A stretch of DNA of 64,000 nt from Octopus sinensis (GCF_006345805.1 NC_043014.1:28458001-28522000); one strand, 5' to 3'; counted from the stretch's first letter, positions 26,014 through 40,017 are shown. Numbers and translations are program-made. Notes: a model not told the origin generated them from the letters alone.

Positions 26014-26601
26014 ATGCTATCATACACGCCCATATTGTACAACAATAACAAAAACCATGGACAACAATAAACAATCATCATTATCATCATCTGATCGAGT
26101 TTGTTCGGACAACAATAACAATACCTCTACGCAAAAACTAAATTAGACGGAAAACAACGCAAAACATTGGATATCTTGGTTGCTTTGCGCAGGAATGCGA
26201 ATAGCATTGGAATGTATATTCTGAATTTCTGCCAAATCAATAGTTACAACAGAAAAAATATTTTAACAACTTTAACATGAAAATTCACGAGTGTTTATTT
26301 TTTTCTGATTTTTTTCATTTTAATTTTTTATTTTGTTACTTTTTTTTTACAAAATGGAGATGACGAAGAATAATACACTTAAAGATGAAGACAGGAAGTA
26401 GACATCACAGTGAAAACAGCGCGTCGTTCGATTTGATAGACGGCAGTAAGGCAGCCATGTTAAGGCCTTCAATGAAGGTTTATTCAAATTGAAATCGTAA
26501 AAGCTCTTACATTGGAATCATTAAGCTCTTAGGAAACTCATTCTAGATTGCACAAGAAAGCAATCTTGTTTTAGCTGAATAGAAATATTTTCTCCTTCTT
26601 G

Positions 26602-26635
<34 letters not shown>

Positions 26636-26652
26636 TATTATTATCATCATCA

Positions 26653-26870
26653 TTAAGGCGGCGACCTGGCAGAATCGTTAGCACACCGGGCAAAATGCTT
26701 AGCGGCATTTCACTCATCTTGATGTTCTAAGTTCAAATTCCGCCGACGTCGACTTTGCCTTTCATCCCTTTGGAGTCGATAAATTAAGTACCAGTGAAAC
26801 ACTGGGGTCGATGATGTCGACTGTCCCCCTCCCCAAAATTTTAGGTCTTGTGCCTATAGCCGAAAAGATT
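26653..26870 (+). mobile_element. SINE family B with (ATT)n tail
   Basis: TAAGGCGGCGACCTGGCAGAATCG head and GCCTTTCATCCCTTTGGAGTCGATAAATTAAGTACCAG core. Confidence 0.85.
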
Positions 26871-27140
26871 ATTATTATTATTATTATTATTGTTGTTGTT
26901 GTTGTTGTTGTTGTGTTGTTGTTGTTGTATGAAGTGGTTTTTTGGCAGAATTGTTAGAACATCTAGAAAATGATTTGCAGCATTTGTTGTGACTTTATTT
27001 TCTGAGTTCAAATCCTACCGTGGTTAAGTTTTATCTCTCCGGTATCGATAATAGTAAGTACAATGCAAGCACTGGGGGAGATGTAATGGAAGTGTGAAAC
27101 AGTTATTATTATTATTATTATCATTATTATTATTATTATT

Positions 27141-27692
27141 GAGTGAGAGAGCAGTTCATGCCATCAAAGTGACACTGGGGTAAAATATACGAAGCCCAAT
27201 ATACCCATCATGACTACCCGTCTGATAAAGGTACACCAGGCACATGCATCACAACCATATGTGCGCGACATGGTGATCTCATATCAAGATAAACAGCACA
27301 TGACCTTGCAGGTGGGGCCCAGTTAGAATTTTCTTCAGGTTGAGTAGCCCATCCCGCTCAAACGGTCCCTGAATAAGGTTGTTTAAGGATGTTGAAAGAA
27401 CCACCCATGTTTCCAGAGGTGAACAATTCAAACCCCAAAGAATCCTCTCAACACATGGCTATGATGCTCCCCCACTACTTCTGCTCGTGATCAGAGATGC
27501 ACATATCGTCAGCCACTAAGGGACATGCTCAACTGGTTAAGGTCAAACAACTGACAAGCAAATCTGTGGTATTGAGCAGAATATTTGCTGTAGCCCATCT
27601 TTTATACCAAGACAAAACAATGTACATGATAACACTTCCAATCAGTTAAGATCAGAAGCCATGAGAGCCACTGCCTGGTACTGCATCAGGGC

Positions 27693-27695
<3 letters not shown>
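27141..27695. repeat. ~555-bp complex block between two (TTA)n tracts, probable retroposon tail
   Basis: No ORF; TTA repeats on both sides; family assignment not demonstrable from this window. Confidence 0.4.
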
Positions 27696-27769
<74 letters not shown>

Positions 27770-28200
27770 TCATTATTATTATTATTATCACTAAAGCAGC
27801 GAGCAAGCTGAACCGTAGCACTTCGGTGTCCAGTGGCTTTTCGTCCGTCTTGACGTTCTGAGTTCAAATTTCGTTGAGGTCGACTTTGCCTTTCATAATT
27901 TTGGAGTCGGTAAATTAAGTACCAGTGAAAGGTATTTTCGATGAGTTTTTCCAATTTGCTCGGTTTTCCAAGTCGGCGGAAACGTCTGTTGTTTTAAAAT
28001 TCTATATTTGCAAAGTTATCAGTTTCCTTGAAGGTAAAAAAAAGAAAACCTCCTTCCCTCCCACCTTGTGTAGAGATATTTAATATTCACCGGAGATGAA
28101 TATAACACGCGGGGAATGAAAAGGAGTTTAATTGAAACAAAGCGAGAAAATGAAAGAAAGATAGATAAATAGATAAGTAGATAGATTGATAGCTAGAGAG

Positions 28201-28257
<57 letters not shown>

Positions 28258-28789
28258 CAGATAGACAGAGAAATGCGATGGAGAGAAGTGGGGAGATATG
28301 AATCTTTCTAGCGTCTGCTTTAGAAACAACACAACAGTTGTATCCATAGAAACGTTAAGGAGGAAGAAGACGTGGTATCTTCTGCTTCGAATCAACCCGT
28401 AGATACTGAAGAAACTATCACCACCACCACCACCACCACCACCACCACCACCACCACCACCACCACCACCACCAATAATAGTCCTTTCTACTATAAGCAC
28501 AAGGCCTGAAATTTTGAAGGAGGGTACTTGTTGATTACAACATCTCCGGTACACCACTGGTACTTAATTTCCCGTCCACCTCCAATAATGATAATTTCTG
28601 ATTTAGGCATAAAGCCTGCTATTTTTAGCTGGCAGCTCAATCGATGCTTTAGACCCCCAGTACTTGTATTTTGTCGACCCGGAAGGGATGAGATGCAAAG
28701 TTAATCTCTTTATAATTTGAACTCAGAATATGAAGAGCATGAGGAAATATCGCATGACATTATCCCCAACGCTTTAACAATAAATCAGG

Positions 28790-28986
28790 CACTCAGTCGG
28801 TTACTACGATGAGGGTTCCAGCTGATCCAATCAACGGAACAGCCTGCTCGTGAAATTTACGTGCAAGTGGCTGAGTACTCTACAGACACGTGTACTCATA
28901 GCGTAGTTTTCAGGGAATTCAGTGTGACACTGGCCCTTTGAAATACAGGTGCTGGAGCAACGTGAAATAAGCGTCTTGCTCAAGGA
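28790..28986 (-). mobile_element. SINE family C-type body, head displaced by inversion
   Basis: Minus strand begins TCCTTGAGCAAGACGCTTATTTCACGTTGCTCCAG, the segment that follows the head in the copies at 15725 and 40018. Confidence 0.8.
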
Positions 28987-29331
28987 CTCTTTGCTGTCAC
29001 TGTTTGTTGTCTTGATTGTAGTATTTTTTTAAATAGCCACAGTCCCGGCATCTACTTCACTGTTGTAGACAGAAACAGCTATCTCCTGTTGTTTGTCTCT
29101 TGTCATGTATCCTACTGTGAACTGCACTTCCTGCAGGCATTTCCCCACTTGTGTTGAACTGGGAAACTGCAGTTTTATTTCTTTTCTGTTTATACATTTA
29201 TAAAAGATTGAGAGGTGGGTCGGGTATGTGTCGGTGCTCTATACCTCTGCAAATGGAAGTTTCATGAACCCGGGGCGCATAAAGTGGCATTTATACTTGT
29301 TGCTTAACATAATCTTCTATATCATATAAAG

Positions 29332-29629
29332 CAGTGCTTCTCAACCGGGATCCCATATAAGATTTGGGGTTGGGGTCCATACAAGCAAAATAGTAAATTG
29401 AGGATTCAATTTTAAGAGTTCGTGAAAAGATTTTGCTTTAAATGCGTATTTAATCCAAGAAACAACTCAGTTTCTTTCTTTAACATTTTACATGGTTCAA
29501 CCAACAATAGGAATTTTGAAAGAACTATCTATAAAACTAGTTTTTAAACATCGAATGGCTATGAGGATCCGCCAGAATAAAAGAGTAATCAAAGGGGGTC
29601 CATAGATAAAAAATGGTTCGCAACCTCTT
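29332..29629. mobile_element. hAT (Charlie-type) MITE
   Basis: 5' CAGTGCTTCTCAACCGGGATCC and 3' GGGGTCCATAG...GGTTCGCAACCTCTT resemble hAT CAGTGGTTCTCAAC termini; 8-bp flanks match only partially (ATATAAAG / GTCTAGAG). Confidence 0.6.
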
Positions 29630-29707
29630 GTCTAGAGGCTACATGATCTCCTCACTAGCAATCATAGTAGCAAACAAAGTTTTCTTTTTGATTTAATTGT
29701 TGTCAGA

Positions 29708-29770
29708 GTGAAGACGCGTGACTTAGTGTTAGGGTTATTAGACTCACGACCGAAAGGTTGTCAGTTCGAT
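29708..29770 (+). mobile_element. SINE family C tRNA head only
   Basis: GTGAAGACGCGTGACTTAGTGTTAGGG...GTTCGAT, stopping abruptly at the B box. Confidence 0.75.
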
Positions 29771-30059
29771 AACAAACAGTGACAGCAAAGAGTAAAACAG
29801 CAAGAAAAAAAGTTTCTCCAAGATGCATGCGCAGGGTGCTCGAAAGCGCAACTTCCCAACATCACCACAATCATGAGCAACAATAACGGCATCAACAAAA
29901 TAAACGAGCATTACCGAAGAAACAGAAGTCAGCCTACTTCCTACGCCCCAAACCCTCAAATTTAGAAGAGCTAAACAACAGAAAAGCGTTCGACCGACAT
30001 ATTGTAGAAAAGCCATCTGAAAATACAAGAAATGGGTCAGATGAATCAGTTGTGTTGAC

Positions 30060-31560
30060 CCCCAACCATGCATCTTTCCTATTTATTGAGTATGACAATA
30101 TCTAGATGTGAGTGTTATATTTGTTCAACCGTCTGAAGTTTCGTATCCCACAGCACCTTTAAATAATCATTTTCAAGGATGCTTTCTGTTCAAATCTATA
30201 TCTTGTACAGATTTGCCATTGTGCTTTTAGTAACTTTATCATATTACCAGAAGCTGTATGTGCTACTGTCTCTTCTCTTTTATTCTTTTAATTGAGCTGT
30301 CTTTCTTACATGTTCTTCATGTTGTATTTTGTTCTGATAGCTTGATTCTGCGCGGCCTTATTCAGTAAATATATTCCGTGAATTTATACCGTCAGTTCTT
30401 TGGTATTACCTTTTATCCACCAAAAGGGTTCCACGCTTAGAAATACCAAATCCCATTCTGATGTCATTGCTTAGAATACTAACAAATGTATTCGATGACC
30501 TCTCAGTCTTGCCGTTAGCTTTAGGTCATCCATGAATAGCAAAATGGTTAACTATCTCCTGGTCTCTTATGCTATATTTTGCTTTACTTTTCTCAGTTCT
30601 AGGGAGTGTTCTAGAACAATGACAAACAGTATAGGGAATCTTTGGAAGTTATCCCAATTATTTTGACCTTTCCAAATGTAAGCACTCTTTCAGTTTCCCA
30701 TACCTATCTTTTATCAATTAAGTGATGGCATCTTTTATCTATCATCTTTTATTTGTTTCCGTCATTAGACTGCAGTAATTTACGGAGACGTAAACACACC
30801 AACACCGGTTGTCAAGCGATAGTAGGTGACAAACAGAGGACAACATACACACAAATGCACACACAGGCTTTTTCAGTTTCCGTCGAACACATCCATTCAC
30901 GAGGCTTTGGACGGCCCGAAGCTATTATAGAAGACACTTGCCCAAGGTACCTCGCAGTGGAACTGAACCTCCGACGCATATGGTTGGGAAGTAAGCCTCT
31001 TACCACATAGTCACGCTTGCAGTTATGGTATTTGAAATCCTGATCATTTTAAGTCTCCACGAAACCTTAGAGAGCGGGTACTATGTAATATGCTGCTTTT
31101 GTAATCGAGCTAAGCCAGTTCATCTTATTTTGTAGTATCTTAAAATCCCTTGCCAATTAATAGTAGGACATTTCTCCCTCTTGAATTCATCAGGTACCTT
31201 TTCTCTTCATTGGGGAGGAGGCAATGCTCCACTAAGTATACATACATCTTATTCACAAATGTACTTTTTAAAAGTTTCCACATGGATAGCAACCAAATTA
31301 TTTGTCTACCGTTTGAGACCACAGTAACCTTCTGCTTATCTTTCGCAATAAGAGCTGTCTTATTTTCAATTATCCTATTTCGGATGCTTCCACCGAGGAG
31401 GCAATCACTTTGTTAACTAATAGTAATAATGTTCTTCAGCCAGTACTTCGCCTGGCCCAGATGCTTTTCAAGTAGGTCCCTTGAAGCGTACTTTGTAATG
31501 AACCCATGAAACCCAGTGTGGTTACTGTGCCAAACTGCTGCTTTGCTCGTCCAAGTCTCT
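30060..31560 (-). mobile_element. R4/Dong-clade LINE RT plus REL fragment, decayed, with a SINE A insert at about 30745-31020
   Basis: Minus-strand pieces: RQIIWLLSMWKLL...LLPNEEK...SRG, LFMDDLKL, AAQNQAIRTKY, KVLWDTKLQT...HSHLDIV. Confidence 0.8.
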
Positions 31561-31627
31561 ACTTCTATCTACCCAGTTACCTCGTTATACTTATTTTTCT
31601 AGCTTTATATATATATATATATTATAT

Positions 31628-31670
<43 letters not shown>

Positions 31671-31671
<1 letters not shown>

Positions 31672-31900
31672 CTTTATATATATATAAAACTGAGAATGTG
31701 TGTCTGTCTGCCTGTGTGTTTCCCTAAAACTTGAGAACTACACAACCAATTTCATTCAAATTTTACACATGCCTTACTTAGGGTCTGGGGAGTGTCATCG
31801 GCAAAAAAAAATGTTCAACTTCTTGCCTAGAGCGAGCCCATAGCAATATCATATCTTCTCCACTATTTCAGTATTCTCTATTTTATGTCAGATACTTTCA
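31671..31900 (+). mobile_element. Non-autonomous Helitron/Helentron (DINE-1/Lep1-like) 5' part
   Basis: A|TCTTTATATATATATAAAACTGAGAATG, then a (GTCT)-like tract, then CAACCAATTTCATTCAAATTTT, resembling the recalled 5' architecture of HINE/Lep1 elements. Confidence 0.45.
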
Positions 31901-32084
31901 CTTTAACAATAGCTGATGTTCTAGGGATTAGGGGCGGGAGCCCCCAGACCTTGGAAAAAAAAAACACTTTGGTCGTCTTGTTGTAGTTGAGGGCTCTTCG
32001 TTGACGCCCGACACCACTAGGAGGTGGCCCTCGAAGTCACTGGAAATGGAGATCTCTAGGTCCAAATTCTTGAACGGCTGCTAC

Positions 32085-32092
32085 TGCTGTTG

Positions 32093-32137
<45 letters not shown>

Positions 32138-32149
32138 TTACCGCTACTA

Positions 32150-32196
<47 letters not shown>

Positions 32197-32739
32197 TTTC
32201 TACTTCTACTACTACTACTATTTCTACTTCTACCACTACTACTATTACTTGAAGAAAAGGTATACTGATTCATGCTCAGTCCATTATAGTTGTATATGTT
32301 CTGCCGGCTCTTCACGTTCTGAATTAAAATGAAAATTTCCCTGAGGCCAACTAAAACTTTCCTCTTTCTGGAGCTCTCCCCTCTCATAGTTCTACTTCCC
32401 ACTACACTCATCTACTGCTGCTTTGTTCCGAACTTTAAAAACCTGGCGTTTCCTACACTCCTGCAATCCGGCAATTTCTGAAGTCTACCAAATCTACTTC
32501 CTAGAGTAGTAGTAGCGGTGTTGGGTTTGGTAGATGTGGTGGTGGTGGTAGTAGTAGTCGTCGTAGTAGTAGTAGTAGTAGTAGTAGCAGCAGTAGTAGT
32601 CGTAGCAATAGTAGTAGTAGAGACGATATTAATGATAAAATACAAATGATGATGATGATGATGATGATGGTGACGATAATGGTGGCGGTTATAATGACGA
32701 TGACGACGGTGATGCTGCTGCTGATGATGGTGGTAGTAG

Positions 32740-32772
<33 letters not shown>

Positions 32773-32820
32773 CGACGACGACGACTGTGGTGGTTGTGGT
32801 GGTGGTGTTGGTGTCAATGA
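32085..32820. repeat. Cluster of trinucleotide repeats (CTA)n, (GTA)n, (GAT)n, (GTG)n
   Basis: Directly visible; source of the poly-Y/T/S/M ORFs in the track. Confidence 0.95.
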
Positions 32821-33095
32821 AGATTTAAATTTATAAGAAACCATTTATATTTCAGGTTGTCATTGGAATTCCAAGAAACTGTCAGACACACACACACACA
32901 CATACATACGCAGACAAAAACGTTGTGCGTGAGAGAGAGAGGAGAGAGAGAGAGAGAGAGAGAGCGAAAAAGAGCGAGGAAGAGTGCTAGAGAGTCTTTC
33001 TATTTTTGTGTCCGTGTTACAGTAACATATTAGAATCCGGGGAGTCACACACACACACGCATATACACATACATATACATACAGCATATATGCAA

Positions 33096-33141
<46 letters not shown>

Positions 33142-33193
33142 ATATATATATTATATATATATTTATGAGCATATATAAATGAATGTAATCTAA

Positions 33194-33287
<94 letters not shown>

Positions 33288-34611
33288 ATATATTATATAT
33301 ATATATATTATATATATATATATATATGTATGTATATATATATGTGTGTGTGTGTGTGTTTGTGTATGCATGTATTCACCAACACGTACACACACTTACA
33401 CATATATACTGTCAGATGTACAAGCATATACTTACAATACATATATACATATATAAATATATGCACATACATGCACATTGGTTATCATATACAAACATAA
33501 ATATAAACATACATACATACATACATACATACATGCATACATACATACATGCATACATACATACATACATACATACATACATACATACATACATACATAC
33601 ATACATACATACATGCACGATAGACACATATGCGCAAAACATACATGTATATAAGGTGACATTCTAGCGATAAGTTGTAAATGGTTATACCGTCTGCCTG
33701 TTGTGCTCAGAATGTCTGTTGAGGCTATTAACATCTGATACTGTTTCCGTCTGGAATAGATAGTCTGCTCATTTATCTGCGCGTGTTTTCGAGGGTTTAC
33801 TTACATAGTTGGCCAGTAAACACAGATTCAGATATTAAAGACACTGATTGTCTGACAGTTTGACAGGTGGCTTGGTTAGATGATAGTTAATCTGATACAT
33901 ATATTACTCAGCATTTAGATAAAGGGATATCATGTATGTATTGTACGTATGTATGTATGTATGTACGTATGTATGTATGTATGTATGTATGTATGTATGT
34001 ATGTATGTATGTATGTATGTATGTATGTACGTAAGTCATGCAAAGGTATTTTATATATATATATATATATATAGTTACTAACGAATTGAAACGTATATGT
34101 ACACATATATGCAAGCATGCACACACACACACCACACACACACACACACACAACACACACACACACAACACACACACAGAACGGGCTTCTTTAGTTTCTG
34201 TCAACTAACTTCACTCACAGGGCTGTAACCGGCCCCTAGCTAAGGTACGAGACACTTGGTCAAGGTGTCTTGCTGAAGACTTAATCCGGAACTGTGAGGG
34301 TGTGCGTGAGTGCGTGCCTGCTTGCATGTGTATATTTATATGTGTGTGTGTGTGTGCGAAAGAGAGAATGAGTGAGAGAGAGAGAGAAAGAGAGAGAGTT
34401 TCGATACGAAAAGACACACACACACACAACCAACCACCACTCATGTTTCACAATAATGTCAGCAAACCCTGGAACCTTCCGAAGATACTGGAAGCTGCCA
34501 TCTGATTAAATCTCAAAAAAATTTACATTATATACACGTTCGTATCAAGACCTCATGTTTGTTGAACCATAGATTGATATATCTCTCTCTCACTCTCTCT
34601 CTCACTCTCCT

Positions 34612-34642
<31 letters not shown>

Positions 34643-34780
34643 GTATATATATATAATATGGGGTGATAGGTAGAACGATAGATAAATAAGGGCTGTCAGA
34701 GAGATAGGCACAATATACATACATACACACGCACACACATATACATATACATATACATACGCAGACGCATATATATGTAA

Positions 34781-34856
<76 letters not shown>

Positions 34857-35814
34857 CATACATAATATACACGCGCACACACACACATTTATATTTATAT
34901 ATGTATATATATATATATATATATGTAAATATATAAGTCATGAGCATCACTCGGGATCATCACAGATTTCGCATAAGATCTATGCCTGGTCAAATAATTC
35001 TACGTTTTTTCGCAATATCTCTAGCCCCAAATGACTTATTTTTCATATCTAGCACTATGCCTTTCTCTACTTCTAAGTTAAGGGTAAAAGTAAAGCAACC
35101 CTGCAAAACATAACTGATATTGCACACACACACAAAATAACAGCAAACAAATAACGACAGCGGACTGCACAACAAGCACCAGCGATGTGACTGTCACCTG
35201 TACTCTTGACAAGAAATACCAGTTAGTCTTTTACACCTAAAAGGCTCGTTCGTATTTAGCCCGATTTGGTGGATAATTTTTCGTTCCTTTAAGAGTATTG
35301 TAGAACGGAAACTTTTCATAGATTCGAATTTAAATCCTAATCTCTCTAGAAATTTATTGCTTCAAAACACATTGAATTTGAATTACTTTTAATTTTTACG
35401 ATTATAGATAACGACTCTGGCTTTAACTTCAGAGCCCGGGTCAGGGGCGTATGAATGATGTCGAGAGAATGTCCGCTACGAATGATATTTTTTGAGACAG
35501 GGCACCTTTAAGACGACTTCCAGACGCTGAACGAAAATGAATGAGCTGCGACCAGGTTCATTAAAAGGAGCCCGAGTTATTGGCTACAATTACACACTTG
35601 AAGTCAATGTTGGCAGATTTTAAATCAGCTTACAAATATACATTCACTTTACTAAATTTATACTCGGCTTTAGCCCGAAGAGCCCAAGTGCCGGAGTCGC
35701 CGTTGATATAAATATATACATACATGCATACATACACACACACGCACGCATGCACACATACACACCGACACACAAACACACACAGACACACACGAACAGA
35801 CACACACACATACA

Positions 35815-35858
<44 letters not shown>

Positions 35859-36048
35859 AAATATATATATAAAATGTATATGCACATCATGTCTATCTTT
35901 TACTCTCGATCTCCCTCGGTCCCTTTCACTTCTCGTTCTCACTCTCCCTCTCTAATAATGGTTTCAAATTTTGCCACAAGGGCAGCAATTTTGGTGGAGA
36001 GGATGACTCGATTACATTGATCCCAGTGTTCAATTGGTAATAATAATA

Positions 36049-36084
<36 letters not shown>

Positions 36085-36119
36085 TGATGATGATGATGAT
36101 AATAATAATGATGATGCTT

Positions 36120-36325
36120 TCTACTAAAGGCACAAGCCTGAAATTTGGGGAGAGGGGGCCGGTCGATTACTAGTGCTTCACTCTGGTACTTAATTTATCG
36201 ATCTCAAAAGGATGAAAGGCAAAGTCGACCTCGGTCGAATTTGAACTCAGAACGTTAAGACGGACGAAATGCCGCTCAACGTTTTGCCCGGCGTGCTAAC
36301 GATGCTCTCAAGTCACTGCCTTTAC
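36120..36325 (-). mobile_element. SINE family B
   Basis: GGATGAAAGGCAAAGTCGACCTCGGTCGAATTTGAACTCAGAACG. Confidence 0.8.
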
Positions 36326-36326
36326 T

Positions 36327-36884
<558 letters not shown>

Positions 36885-37869
36885 TATCATTCAACTAATT
36901 CACAAATTACTCACACGCAGCACCTTTCAGAGCTTGTTGCTAATTCAGTTCTCAACCAAATTGAAAGCTGTTAACATTTTTATAGAGGACTGGTTCCTAG
37001 CTACATTTTGGCATAAAAAATTGAGATTTGATCCAGCAACGTTATAGGAGAGTAAGTAACTCTACTAATCAAGTTTAGATCTAAATAATTCTTTAAAATT
37101 TATAAGCAAAATATATTTGTCTTAGTTTCAATGATAGAAGAAAGTATGAAGAATTTTATAGTTTCGTTCCTATGCAACAAAAGTTTGTATAAAAAAAGTT
37201 GTGAGGTAAAATATCATTAAAAATATATAAAGCATAAATTGGATTTAAGTATAATTAACTTTTTTTTATCTCAAAAACAAACTATATTCTAATTAAGCTT
37301 AAATGACAGAACTCAATTCGAGGAATTTCATGGTATCAATCTCATGCAATGAAGTTTTAAAGGAAAAAAAGTTATGAGAGTTTGTTTCTCAAATTTTTTA
37401 TGAAGGGGACTTATAATATATGTCACCGGCGTCATTGAGGCAAGGAAAAAATTATCAACGACATCGCTAATTGATACATTTGACACATTATTAATTAGCA
37501 TAATAGCATAGCCTGGAAAAAACATGGATTACATGGAAAATGTGAGCAAGAGAAATACTATTCTTAAGATTATAAATCCTGATTATATTACAGGACAAGT
37601 TATTACACTTGGAAAAGTTCAGGACAAGTTATTACATCAGGTAAAGACAACAAGAAAATTTTTACTTAAAATATTGCAGCTAAGGATAAAATTTGAATAA
37701 TAAAAAATATTTGGTCTTAATTTACAACGTAACATTAAAATTAAAAAAGGTATCATCATTTTGTTAAAATATTGACAGACTAGAATACTTTAAAAATGAG
37801 AGCCAGAAGTAGCAATAAAGTTTTATGCAAAGTAGAATAGTATATATGGTAAGCAAATTTATGTATGTT

Positions 37870-38899
37870 ACCATATACCATTTATTTTTCCTGGGATCTT
37901 TGATTGTTTGTTTCCGCGGTGAACTTGGGTTGTCTGGGTAGATTTCTTTTTTGTTTTCTTTTGTTGATGATGCTGCTGGAAGTGTATGCCGCATAAACTG
38001 TACAATGTCCATTTCACTCTCCTTTTTTCCCCCTTTTTTGGACATTTCGGAGGTGAGTTCACTGGTTCTTCCCTTTTTCCTCTGATCATCTCCTTAAATA
38101 GTTCTTCTGTGCATTTATCATTTTCTAGGTCCACCACTCCTGTTGGCTTTCCTCGTTTTTACTTTCTCTCTGGGAACACTTTATTTTAATGTGCCCCTTC
38201 TCTCCGCATTGATAGCAGATTGGGGGTCTTCCTTCCACCACCACTCAAACTTATGTCCTCCAGTAAAATCACCTCTTCGGCGATTTCGTTCAAATCTTTT
38301 CGTCCAACCTGAATGACCATTTCTAGTCCGTATCCCCTTCAATATACCTTCTTTTTCCTTGTCACCTTTAGAATTTTGGCGTCTTCTTCAGTTTTATGCA
38401 TTATGCCTGCCACCAGCCACATTTCTTTGATTTTTGGTGGCACTCTACCTATTCTCACTCTGGTGACCCTTTTGCCGCAGTAGGTATGCAGGAGTACCCA
38501 TTTTTCTGTCTTCAGCGTCACAGTGGAGTGATTTATTGCCTCCTGTTCGTTGGCAGATCTCACCTTCACTGTGCCGTATTTTGTGCCTCTTGTATAGAAT
38601 CTTGTCAAGTTCTTAATTTCTTTCAGACATTCTTCAATTGCTTCTTCTGTAGCTATCTCTATTTTCTTGGTCGTTGTCGATAGTGTTCGGTACACCACTG
38701 TTCTTTTCTTAGTAGTGGTTCTCACTTCTGGAGGGATCAGTTTTAAACTGGATCCCTCCTTCTGAATCAGCCTGTAGTATTCTTTCAGCTTCTTCTGTCC
38801 AATTTTAATTTCTCGCACTTCTAGTGAGTTTGTGGTTGTACCTTTCCCAGCTGCTGAAGCATAACTGCCAGCATGTGCTGGAGCTTGTTCACACTCCAT
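37870..38899 (-). pseudogene. LINE-like (L1/Tx1-type) ORF1 / gag-like protein with a CCHC zinc knuckle, disrupted
   Basis: 186-aa ORF 38339..38899 (…KRVTRVRIGRVPP…). After a stop and a frameshift it continues VVEGRPPICYQCGEKGHIKIKC (C-x2-C-x4-H-x4-C), then a low-complexity tail. No ORF2 is recognisable downstream. Confidence 0.7.
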
Positions 38900-39118
38900 T
38901 TTTCTCTTTTTCTTTTTCCAGTCACTTCACCCTAAAATGGGGAAGAAGACAAGCACAAAATTTAACAGGCCCGCAGGCAAAAACACCAACGGTATTCGAC
39001 AAATTCAACAAAACTTAGTTCACCCGCACTGCACGAGGAGCACCTTCAACAAAGATGCAACAAAGTATAACATGACTTGCGTCAACTGCAATCAAAAATG
39101 ATTTAACACTAACAAAAA

Positions 39119-39641
39119 TACCTCGCGGACTGACACTGCTTGCTGTGTCTGTCCAATGATTTAACAGTAGTAGAACAGCCCACTTCTCACTTGGGGGTAT
39201 CCGCCACAACATCTCCCCCTTTGAGATTTTTTCTTTCACACAGCATTATTATTATTTTTTTCATTTCTTTTTCTTCCACGCACAGAATTATTTTTCTCTT
39301 CAGAATGCCGCAGGTAGTACCAGCCTACATTGTTTACCGGTAACGCTACTAACACATAGCGACCTGACTATGATCCTTCACACGACTTATATTATTTTTC
39401 AATAGAATTTATATATGTTTCATTGTGTGTAGTTCAGTTCTATGTTAGTGTTATCTGCCACAGCGTGTAGTTCGACTCCTCGTCGCCACTGATATGCCCC
39501 ACATTATGACGACGTAACTTCGTCGTCTGCGTGACAGGCACGTACGGCGTACCTCACCGACTGACACTGCTTGCTGTGTGTGTCCACTATTTATCAGTAG
39601 TGGAACAGCCCACTTCTTACTTGGGGGTGACCGACATAACA
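39119..39641 (-). mobile_element. TRIM-like miniature LTR retroelement
   Basis: 5' LTR 39641-39490 (TGT...CA); PBS TGGCGACGAGGA 39488-39477; non-coding interior; PPT AAAGGGGGAGA 39222-39212; second LTR starts TGTTG at 39211 and matches the first for about 93 bp. Confidence 0.7.
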
Positions 39642-40017
39642 CTTTTGCAGAAAATGAAGAACTAGTCTGTATCATTGGATACAAATGAAATCGCAGGGAT
39701 TATATCAGAGTTTTCATTCTCATAGAGAGATGTCTGAACAAAGCCTAGGGGGTCTGTCAATCCCAGTTACTGGATGGCCGTTGACTCTATTGAATTCAGT
39801 TGCTCTTTGACAGGCTTTGTCTTTCGTCTTCTGATGTCCAACGAAAATCACCTACATTACTAAGTAGGCTTGGTAGGGTTGCGGGTTTAGTTGCCACCAG
39901 CCAGAGGATACATACGTAATACATACCTATATGATACATACATATATACATACATACATACATACATACATACATACATACATACATGGTGTATAAACTA
40001 CTAGACAGACTTATGCG

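Noticed and set aside
32085-32625. (CTA)n and (TAG)n tracts facing each other as a foldback element
   Set aside because: Complementarity follows trivially from simple repeats; the unique flanks are not inverted.
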